Part shown: positions 56,216 to 64,000 of the stretch, in pieces | How the letters are laid out: each line of letters opens with the position of its first letter | Numbering within the stretch: the stretch's first letter is position 1 | Origin: Chloropicon primus | Taxonomy: Eukaryota | DNA length: 64,000 bases | Reading direction: 5' to 3' | Assembly: GCA_023205875.1 (NCBI GenBank) | Contig: CP060754.1 | Span: 1,178,001 to 1,242,000 of the forward strand | Notes under the pieces: model-generated | Database searches by the model: none | What the model was told of the DNA's origin: nothing | Seen by the model: the letters and a program-made list of their open reading frames with translations, nothing else | Made by a program: the position numbers and the translations under genes

Positions 56216-56483
56216 CGAAAAGAGGAAGAAGAAGAAGAAGAAAGAAAGGAAGGAGTCAGGAGGACGGCGAAGCGAATCCCATTCGCCCCAACACACCTGT
56301 CACGAGCTTGATCCTCCCATCCCTCTTGACCACCTCCAGAAACCGCTTGCAGGTCATCGCAAAGGCGAAGACATCGTACCCCTCCGAGACCTTTTCCAAG
56401 ACCTTGGCAAAAACTTCGTGAGGCAGGCTCGTCCAGTTTACCCGCACCTCTTCCCTCCTCCTCGCCTCCCTCGTCCTCACCAT
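55617..56483 (-). CDS. Ankyrin-like (GCPW-type) repeat protein with F-box-like N-terminus (introns 56296-56181 and 55815-55728)
   Basis: W.SLP.EV..K, AA..G.LE.LQWLRSEGCPW, AA.GGHLEVLKWARKEGCPW. Confidence 0.8.
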
Positions 56484-56831
56484 CGCCCGGCACGGGAGAG
56501 CGTTACAGAAACTCCTCGACCGTTTCACTCGCCACTGCCTCCAAAAGCAAAATCCGATTCACCTCCCTCACACGCCACGTCAGATCGGGGCGAGGAGGAG
56601 AGAGAGGAGAGGAGCCGGTTGGTGCACGGTCGTGAGATCGATCCGATCGAAGCGCGTGCGCGCGTGTGTGTGTGTGTGTGGGGGGGGGGTGCCGTGTGAG
56701 GGTTTCGATCGTATCCGGGATCCTCTGCGTCGAAAGTTTCTGACGGAGCTTTTTCATCCGGCGAAGGACAAAAGCAAGCGTCGAGGAGAGAGAAGAGAGA
56801 AGAGAGAGAGAGAGTTTTGAGATTTTTCGGT

Positions 56832-58637
56832 ATGGCGACGGCAGAGTTCTCCATGGTGGACAGCTTGCTGACTTCGCTCGGGATACGGACGTTTCGTGCG
56901 ACTGCGGCCGCGGCGAAGGTGCTGAGAGGTCTCGGCGGCGCGAGGACGGCGCGCAAGTTCCAGAAGGGAAGGCCCAAGGAGGCGAAACCCTCCGCGGAGT
57001 TGGAGGATGTGGAAACCCTGCTGGAGGGGTTGGACGGTCGCAAGGTGGCGTGGGCCCAGACCGACGCGATTAAGAAGGCGGAATACCTGGAGGAGTGCCT
57101 GAAGAGGATGGTGGGCAAGACGGACGAGTGCGCGAAGATAACGTGCGAGGTGAAGGGCGCGTACGAGTCTGGCCAGGGGGAGGAGCTCGCGGCGTGGTCG
57201 AGCTGCTGCTGGTTTGTGAGCGAGACGGTCAAGTCCCTGCGCCACGACTTCAAGCCCCCGCTGGGCCCCGTGAGGACGGTGAAGGGCGAGGAGACCTTCG
57301 AGGTGGTGGAGACCTTCCCGAGGGGCTTGCTCCTGAGTTTGGTGTTCCTGGGCATGAAGGGCGAGGTGTGGGTGAAGCCCGGGAAGAGGGTGAGACAGGG
57401 CGCCCCGAGGGTCAACGAGAAGGGGTCGGTGTGGCTGGTCCTCGGGGCGGGAAACCAGGTCCCTGCCGTGGTGGGCGACATCGTGCACTGCATGTTCATG
57501 TGCAACTCCACCGTGATACTGAAGATGAACCCCATCAACGATTTTCTGGGGCCCTTGCTGGAGGACTGCTTCGACCCGCTCATCCGCAGGGGTTACCTGA
57601 AGATCGTTTACGGGGGGGCCGAGGTCGGGAAGATGCTCGTGAACCACCGCCTCACCGAGGAGATCCACATGACTGGCAGCGACAAGACTTTTGACGCCAT
57701 CACGTGGAGGGGACAGAAGCCAAAGCCTGGCAGCAAGAAGCAGGATCCCCCGTTCAAGAAGCCCGTGCACGCCGAGCTTGGTTGCGTCACTCCCTTCATC
57801 ATACTTCCCGGCAACTGGTCGAGCGAGGACCTGGATTTCCAGGCGAAGCAGTGCGTGTCCGGGAAGCTCCACAACGCCGGGCACAACTGCGTGGCGCTCG
57901 AGGTGCTCGTGGTCCCCGAGAACTGGCACCTGAGGGAGAAGTTCATGGCGAGGGTGGAGCACCACCTCGAGAGGAGCCAGAAGAGAATCGCGTGGTACCC
58001 CCACAGCAAGGCCAACTACGACAGGTTCGTCTCGCAGTTCCCTCACGCCAAGAAGTTCGGATCGTTCGACGAGAGCACCGGCCAGTGCCCTTGGGTCTTG
58101 GCCTCCGGACTCACGCCGGAGACGGCGAGCAGCAGCCAAGAGAACTGGTGCGGCGTGCTGCAGGAGGTGAGGATCAAGAGCAAGAACCTCAATGACTACG
58201 TTGAGCAAGTTGCGGACTTTTGCAACAACAAGCTTTGGGGGGACCTCTCGTGCGCCGTGTTCGTGGACCCCAAGACGCAGAAGCACTCGAAGCGGGAGCT
58301 GGACCACCTGCTCGAGAAGCTGAGGTACGGAAGCATTTCCGTGAACTGCCCAACGACGCTCGTTTTCGCTGTCCCTACCTTGACTTGGGGCGCGCACCCT
58401 GGGAACACCGTCCAGGACATCCGCTCCGGAAACGCGTGCGTGCACAACACGAACTGTATCCAAGACCACCAGAAGTCCGTGCTTTATGCCCCCTGGAAGC
58501 CGCCGATCTACCCCGTCTGGAACTACGACAACGTCAACCTGGAGAATTCTGCCAAGGGGATGGTGAACTTCTTCGCCTTCCCAACCCTTCCCAACTTTGC
58601 GGCTCTGGCACTGCAAGCCCTTTTTGGCACGCCTTGA
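56832..58637 (+). CDS. Aldehyde dehydrogenase family protein (divergent type)
   Basis: LVLGAGN, LKMNP, IHMTGS..TFDAI, AELG (catalytic Glu), NAGHNC (catalytic Cys), LRYGSI..N, TWGA.PG. Confidence 0.85.
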   Translation: MATAEFSMVDSLLTSLGIRTFRATAAAAKVLRGLGGARTARKFQKGRPKEAKPSAELEDVETLLEGLDGRKVAWAQTDAIKKAEYLEECLKRMVGKTDECAKITCEVKGAYESGQGEELAAWSSCCWFVSETVKSLRHDFKPPLGPVRTVKGEETFEVVETFPRGLLLSLVFLGMKGEVWVKPGKRVRQGAPRVNEKGSVWLVLGAGNQVPAVVGDIVHCMFMCNSTVILKMNPINDFLGPLLEDCFDPLIRRGYLKIVYGGAEVGKMLVNHRLTEEIHMTGSDKTFDAITWRGQKPKPGSKKQDPPFKKPVHAELGCVTPFIILPGNWSSEDLDFQAKQCVSGKLHNAGHNCVALEVLVVPENWHLREKFMARVEHHLERSQKRIAWYPHSKANYDRFVSQFPHAKKFGSFDESTGQCPWVLASGLTPETASSSQENWCGVLQEVRIKSKNLNDYVEQVADFCNNKLWGDLSCAVFVDPKTQKHSKRELDHLLEKLRYGSISVNCPTTLVFAVPTLTWGAHPGNTVQDIRSGNACVHNTNCIQDHQKSVLYAPWKPPIYPVWNYDNVNLENSAKGMVNFFAFPTLPNFAALALQALFGTP

Positions 58638-59243
58638 CGCTAGAGAGAGAGAGTGAGGCTCTGAGAAAGAAAACGCTAATTTATTATCAAGCACGCGCGG
58701 GAGAAGAAGAGATCCCGCATCCAAGCCATTCCAAGAGTCGTGTAATAAATGACGAAAAAAAAAAGAGGAAAGCAAACACACAACCCAAAGCATCACCGCC
58801 CGTCCAGTCCACCTTGGCCAGGGACGGTTACCAAAGTTGTAGTTGTCCTCCTGCACTCCGTCCGGCCCCACCTTCCAACTTTTCCCCAACCTTCCCATGG
58901 AAGACGTCACTGCCGTCACCTCGGACTCTCGCCCATTCCTCTGTAGAAAACGCCTCTTGCACGCGCCACCTTCTGCGCCATCCGATCTTTGCGATCGAAG
59001 GGGAGAGAGGAGCGGAAGGGGACGACGATCACTTTGCGGGGCGATCGATCGCGATCGATCGGAGCGGAGGACCAAGGGGTGAAGCGAGGGGGGAAGAGGC
59101 ACGTGCGGGACGTCCTTTACTTTAATTTCGGTGTTGGGTTTTGTCCATTTCGAGAAACGCCCGTGTCTTGTCGTGTCGTGTCGTCTTTGCCTTTGCTTGT
59201 GCAGGACTGGATTTGATTCCTTTTCGTGTGAAGAGGATTGAGG

Positions 59244-62200
59244 ATGAGTTCGAGGGGAGGGGAAGGGAGTGGCTTGGTGGAGAACCTTGACGCCAGGCAG
59301 TGGTTGGAGTATGCGATGCGTTACGCGAGGACGAACCCGGCGGTTGCTATCCTTGCTATCGCTTTCGCGTTGCCAGCAGCCTCTGCAGGAGTGTCCTTCG
59401 CCGTGTTTGCCTTCTTCCTCGTAGCGCCGGTGGCGATACCAGCGGCCGTAGTGTTCGCCTTGTACTACTTGTACACGAAGAGCAGCGCCAAAGTTACCGT
59501 CAAGAGGACAAAGCCCAAGACGACGACGGCGAGAAAGCCGAGGAAGCAGAACGTGGAAGGAATCCCTACTGAGCTGCTTCCTCCAGAGAACCTGGCGCCT
59601 GTTCCGGTGTACAAGCCGTTCAGCTCGGCCGTTGTTCCGACGGCCAACTATGGTGTGATTCAGAAGCTGTTCACGGAACGCATTTTGGTGATTGATGGCG
59701 CCATGGGAACTTCCATTCAGAAGTACAAGATTGATGAGCCTGACTTTAGAGGGGAGCGGTACGCGAACCACACCCACCCGCTGAAGGGCAACAACGACAT
59801 CCTTGTGATTACCCGCCCCGACATCATTAGCGAGATCCACAGCAAGTTCCTTGAGGTCGGTGCCGACTTTATCGAGACGAACACGTTCAGCGGAACCTCC
59901 ATCGCTCAGGCTGACTACGAGCTGCAAGCGGAGGAGGAGGTGCGCCTGATCAACAAGAAAGCCGCTGAGATTGCCAAGGAGTGCTGCGTCAAGTTTACCG
60001 CAAAGGATCCTTCCAAGCCTCGCTTTGTTTGTGGTGCCATTGGGCCCACGAACAGGACACTGAGCGTCTCTCCCTCTGTGGAGAACCCGGCATTCCGCAA
60101 CGTGACTTTTGATGAGGTTGTTGCGGCCTACACCGTCCAGATTGATTCTCTGGTCGCGGGCGGAGTGGACGTTCTTCTCGTCGAGACGATCTTTGACACG
60201 CTGAACGCAAAGGCCGCTTTGTACGCCATCGAGCAGTACTTTGCGGAGAAGGGAATTCGTCTTCCCGTTTTCATCAGTGGCACCATTGTGGACAACAGTG
60301 GGCGCACGCTTAGCGGGCAGACCAACGAGGCTTTCTGGAACAGTGTCCAGCATGCCAAGCCCCTCGCCATAGGTTTGAACTGCGCTCTTGGTGCCAGCGA
60401 CATGATTGGTTACATCGAGAACCTCAGCCAGTGCTGCGACTGCTTTGTGTTTGCCTACCCAAACGCCGGTCTGCCAAACTGCATGGGCGGTTACGACCAG
60501 ACCGGAAAGGAGATGAGGGAGGAGGTCCAGCCCTTCGTGGAGCGGGGGCTCGTGAACATGCTTGGAGGGTGCTGCGGCACTTGGTACGATCACATCGAGG
60601 AGATTGCCGACCTCGTCAAGGGGTACGAGCCAAGGAAGATCCCTCGGGTTGAGGAGAAGATGCGTTTGAGCGGCCTTGAGCCTCTGAACTACACCCCTGA
60701 CGAGAAGAACATGAGGGGCACCTTCTTGAACGTGGGCGAGCGGTGTAATGTCGCAGGCTCCATGATGTACAAGAAGGCCATTGTTGACGGCAACTACGAG
60801 AAGGCTCTTTCTATTGCCCTGAAGCAGGTGCAGCAGGGCGCTGATGTTCTTGACATCAACATGGATGATGGCCTGATCGACGGTGTTTCTGCGATGACCA
60901 AGTTCGTGAACTTGCTCATTTCTGAGCCTGACGTGAGCAAGGTTCCTTTCATGATCGACTCCTCGAAGTTCCACGTGGTTGAGGCTGGCCTGAAGTGCGC
61001 CCAGGGCAAGTGTATTGTGAACTCCATTTCCTTGAAGGAGGGCGAGGAGGCTTTCAAGCACCACGCCAGAATCTGCAAGTACCATGGCGCATCTGTTGTT
61101 GTCATGGCCTTTGACGAGGAGGGTCAGGCTGCGACCTTTGAGGACAAGGTCCGCATCTGCCAGAGGGCTTATCGCATCCTCGTGGAGGAGGTCGGGTTTG
61201 CAGGGCACGACATTATCTTTGATCCAAACATCTTGACTGTTGGCACAGGCCTCGCAGAGCACAACAACTATGCCGTGGACTTCATTCGCGCCACTCGCGA
61301 GATCAAGAGGGTTTGCCCCGGCTGCAAGATCAGCGGAGGCGTGTCCAACATTGCCTTCTCCTTCAGAGGCAACGAGGCTGTGAGAAGGGCCTTCCACAGC
61401 GCTTTCTTGTACCACGCTTGCAACGCGGGCATGGACATGGGCATTGTGAACGCTGCCCAGGTGAAGGCTGATGCCTATGACAAGGTCGACAAGGAGCTCT
61501 TGGGTTACGTTGAGGACGTGTTGCTGAACCGCTGCGACAACGCCACGGAGAGGATGCTGGAGTATGCGGCCACGCTTGAGCCCAAGTGCAAGCCCACTGC
61601 AGTTGTGAAGAAGGGTTCCGGTGTTCCAGCCTTCACCCCATCCCCAAAGGTGAACGAGAGGACGCACGACACTTTGGCTCCTCCAGAGAACCTGGCGCCT
61701 GTTCCGGTATACAAGCCGTTCAGCTCGGCCGTTGTTCCGACGGCCAACTATGGTGTGATTCAGAAGCTGTTCACGGAACGCATTTTGGTGATTGATGGCG
61801 CCATGGGAACTTCCATTCAGAAGTACAAGATTGATGAGCCTGACTTTAGAGGGGAGCGGTACGCGAACCACACCCACCCGCTGAAGGGCAACAACGACAT
61901 CCTTGTGATTACCCGCCCCGACATCATTAGCGAGATCCACAGCAAGTTCCTTGAGGTCGGTGCCGACTTTATCGAGACGAACACGTTCAGCGGAACCTCC
62001 ATCGCTCAGGCTGACTACGAGCTGCAAGCGGAGGAGGAGGTGCGCCTGATCAACAAGAAAGCCGCTGAGATTGCCAAGGAGTGCTGCGTCAAGTTTACCG
62101 CAAAGGATCCTTCCAAGCCTCGCTTTGTTTGTGGTGCCATTGGGCCCACGAACAGGACACTGAGCGTCTCTCCCTCTGTGGAGAACCCGGCATTCCGCAA

Positions 62201-64000
62201 CGTGACTTTTGATGAGGTTGTTGCGGCCTACACCGTCCAGATTGATTCTCTGGTCGCGGGCGGAGTGGACGTTCTTCTCGTCGAGACGATCTTTGACACG
62301 CTGAACGCAAAGGCCGCTTTGTACGCCATCGAGCAGTACTTTGCGGAGAAGGGAATTCGTCTTCCCGTTTTCATCAGTGGCACCATTGTGGACAACAGTG
62401 GGCGCACGCTTAGCGGGCAGACCAACGAGGCTTTCTGGAACAGTGTCCAGCATGCCAAGCCCCTCGCCATAGGTTTGAACTGCGCTCTTGGTGCCAGCGA
62501 CATGATTGGTTACATCGAGAACCTCAGCCAGTGCTGCGACTGCTTTGTGTTTGCCTACCCAAACGCCGGTCTGCCAAACTGCATGGGCGGTTACGACCAG
62601 ACCGGAAAGGAGATGAGGGAGGAGGTCCAGCCCTTCGTGGAGCGGGGGCTCGTGAACATGCTTGGAGGGTGCTGCGGCACTTGGTACGATCACATCGAGG
62701 AGATTGCCGACCTCGTCAAGGGGTACGAGCCAAGGAAGATCCCTCAGGTTGAGGAGAAGATGCGTTTGAGCGGCCTTGAGCCTCTGAACTACACCCCCGA
62801 CGAGAAGAACATGAGGGGCACCTTCTTGAACGTGGGCGAGCGGTGTAATGTCGCAGGCTCCATGATGTACAAGAAGGCCATTGTTGACGGCAACTACGAG
62901 AAGGCTCTTTCTATTGCCCTGAAGCAGGTGCAGCAGGGCGCTGATGTTCTTGACATCAACATGGATGATGGCCTGATCGACGGTGTTTCTGCGATGACCA
63001 AGTTCGTGAACTTGCTCATTTCTGAGCCTGACGTGAGCAAGGTTCCTTTCATGATCGACTCCTCGAAGTTCCACGTGGTTGAGGCTGGCCTGAAGTGCGC
63101 CCAGGGCAAGTGTATTGTGAACTCCATTTCCTTGAAGGAGGGCGAGGAGGCTTTCAAGCACCACGCCAGAATCTGCAAGTACCATGGCGCATCTGTTGTT
63201 GTCATGGCCTTTGACGAGGAGGGTCAGGCTGCGACCTTTGAGGACAAGGTCCGCATCTGCCAGAGGGCTTATCGCATCCTCGTGGAGGAGGTCGGGTTTG
63301 CAGGGCACGACATTATCTTTGATCCAAACATCTTGACTGTTGGCACAGGCCTCGCAGAGCACAACAACTATGCCGTGGACTTCATTCGCGCCACTCGCGA
63401 GATCAAGAGGGTTTGCCCCGGCTGCAAGATCAGCGGAGGCGTGTCCAACATTGCCTTCTCCTTCAGAGGCAACGAGGCTGTGAGAAGGGCCTTCCACAGC
63501 GCTTTCTTGTACCACGCTTGCAACGCGGGCATGGACATGGGCATTGTGAACGCTGCCCAGGTGAAGGCTGATGCCTATGACAAGGTCGACAAGGAGCTCT
63601 TGGGTTACGTTGAGGACGTGTTGCTGAACCGCTGCGACAACGCCACGGAGAGGATGCTGGAGTATGCGGCCACGCTTGAGCCCAAGTGCAAGCCCACTGC
63701 AGTTGTGAAGAAGGGTTCCGGTGTTCCAGCCTTCACCCCATCCCCAAAGGTGAACGAGAGGACGCACGACACTTTGGCTCCTCCAGAGAACCTGGCGCCT
63801 GTTCCGGTATACAAGCCGTTCAGCTCGGCCGTTGTTCCGACGGCCAACTATGGTGTGATTCAGAAGCTGTTCACGGAACGCATTTTGGTGATTGATGGCG
63901 CCATGGGAACTTCCATTCAGAAGTACAAGATTGATGAGCCTGACTTTAGAGGGGAGCGGTACGCGAACCACACCCACCCGCTGAAGGGCAACAACGACAT
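59244..64000 (+). CDS. METH: Cobalamin-dependent methionine synthase-like protein with N-terminal hydrophobic anchor and tandem repeated Hcy+pterin modules (3'-truncated by the window)
   Basis: ATG at 59244 and no stop seen to the window end. IDGAMGT, LKGNND, ETNTF, ETIFDTLN, SGRTLSGQ, GLNCALG, YPNAGLPN, GGCCGT (Zn ligands), VGERCN, DINMD, VNSISLKEG, FDPN, SGGVSN..FSFRGN, GMDMGIVNA. Confidence 0.93.
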   Translation, partial: MSSRGGEGSGLVENLDARQWLEYAMRYARTNPAVAILAIAFALPAASAGVSFAVFAFFLVAPVAIPAAVVFALYYLYTKSSAKVTVKRTKPKTTTARKPRKQNVEGIPTELLPPENLAPVPVYKPFSSAVVPTANYGVIQKLFTERILVIDGAMGTSIQKYKIDEPDFRGERYANHTHPLKGNNDILVITRPDIISEIHSKFLEVGADFIETNTFSGTSIAQADYELQAEEEVRLINKKAAEIAKECCVKFTAKDPSKPRFVCGAIGPTNRTLSVSPSVENPAFRNVTFDEVVAAYTVQIDSLVAGGVDVLLVETIFDTLNAKAALYAIEQYFAEKGIRLPVFISGTIVDNSGRTLSGQTNEAFWNSVQHAKPLAIGLNCALGASDMIGYIENLSQCCDCFVFAYPNAGLPNCMGGYDQTGKEMREEVQPFVERGLVNMLGGCCGTWYDHIEEIADLVKGYEPRKIPRVEEKMRLSGLEPLNYTPDEKNMRGTFLNVGERCNVAGSMMYKKAIVDGNYEKALSIALKQVQQGADVLDINMDDGLIDGVSAMTKFVNLLISEPDVSKVPFMIDSSKFHVVEAGLKCAQGKCIVNSISLKEGEEAFKHHARICKYHGASVVVMAFDEEGQAATFEDKVRICQRAYRILVEEVGFAGHDIIFDPNILTVGTGLAEHNNYAVDFIRATREIKRVCPGCKISGGVSNIAFSFRGNEAVRRAFHSAFLYHACNAGMDMGIVNAAQVKADAYDKVDKELLGYVEDVLLNRCDNATERMLEYAATLEPKCKPTAVVKKGSGVPAFTPSPKVNERTHDTLAPPENLAPVPVYKPFSSAVVPTANYGVIQKLFTERILVIDGAMGTSIQKYKIDEPDFRGERYANHTHPLKGNNDILVITRPDIISEIHSKFLEVGADFIETNTFSGTSIAQADYELQAEEEVRLINKKAAEIAKECCVKFTAKDPSKPRFVCGAIGPTNRTLSVSPSVENPAFRNVTFDEVVAAYTVQIDSLVAGGVDVLLVETIFDTLNAKAALYAIEQYFAEKGIRLPVFISGTIVDNSGRTLSGQTNEAFWNSVQHAKPLAIGLNCALGASDMIGYIENLSQCCDCFVFAYPNAGLPNCMGGYDQTGKEMREEVQPFVERGLVNMLGGCCGTWYDHIEEIADLVKGYEPRKIPQVEEKMRLSGLEPLNYTPDEKNMRGTFLNVGERCNVAGSMMYKKAIVDGNYEKALSIALKQVQQGADVLDINMDDGLIDGVSAMTKFVNLLISEPDVSKVPFMIDSSKFHVVEAGLKCAQGKCIVNSISLKEGEEAFKHHARICKYHGASVVVMAFDEEGQAATFEDKVRICQRAYRILVEEVGFAGHDIIFDPNILTVGTGLAEHNNYAVDFIRATREIKRVCPGCKISGGVSNIAFSFRGNEAVRRAFHSAFLYHACNAGMDMGIVNAAQVKADAYDKVDKELLGYVEDVLLNRCDNATERMLEYAATLEPKCKPTAVVKKGSGVPAFTPSPKVNERTHDTLAPPENLAPVPVYKPFSSAVVPTANYGVIQKLFTERILVIDGAMGTSIQKYKIDEPDFRGERYANHTHPLKGNND
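59580..64000 (+). repeat. Tandem 2100-bp direct repeats (59580-61679, 61680-63779, 63780 to beyond 64000)
   Basis: Identical text at an offset of exactly 2100. Three differences seen between copies 1 and 2: 59609/61709, 60646/62746, 60698/62798. Confidence 0.97.

Noticed and set aside
58637..59244. Possible ALDH-METH read-through fusion (same frame)
   Set aside because: TGA at 58635-58637 is followed almost immediately by an in-frame TAG and by AT-rich 3'UTR-like sequence.
56754..63977. 2407-aa minus-strand ORF
   Set aside because: Antisense shadow of ALDH and METH, which share a frame on the + strand and have biased codon usage. It has no recognisable domains, and its internal repeat simply mirrors the METH repeat.
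16770..64000. MTHFR, CFA synthase and METH as a one-carbon gene cluster
   Set aside because: They are separated by many unrelated genes over more than 40 kb; co-location is plausibly chance in a compact genome.

Overview
Gene-dense, GC-rich eukaryotic nuclear DNA with short GT-AG introns (often with a CTGAC branch-site-like motif), plastid- and mitochondrion-targeted enzymes and (GA)n microsatellites. This is consistent with a compact green-algal genome such as a Chloropicon-like picoplankton (inference). About 33 protein-coding genes are supported, among them RCL1, NagZ, a GH25 lysozyme, WASHC4, histidinol dehydrogenase, gamma-SNAP, ATP11, MTHFR, SNU114, bTHX, MurG, chorismate synthase, a P4-ATPase, ARMC2, CFA synthase, ChaC, WEE1, ALDH and METH. 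The most unusual observations are: (1) a cobalamin-dependent methionine synthase ORF, absent from the supplied ORF track, that has an N-terminal hydrophobic hairpin and at least 2.1 near-identical in-frame 2100-bp repeats of the [Hcy-binding + folate-binding] module; (2) a membrane receptor joining two PstS-like solute-binding domains to a class C GPCR-like 7TM; (3) a 23-bp motif found in at least 5-6 head-to-head intergenic regions; (4) a divergent NagZ/GH25 lysozyme pair, with MurG elsewhere in the window; (5) a secreted protein ending in a tail-fibre S74 chaperone domain; (6) a catalytic-domain-only MTHFR. All family calls come from recognising motifs by eye; no database search was run.
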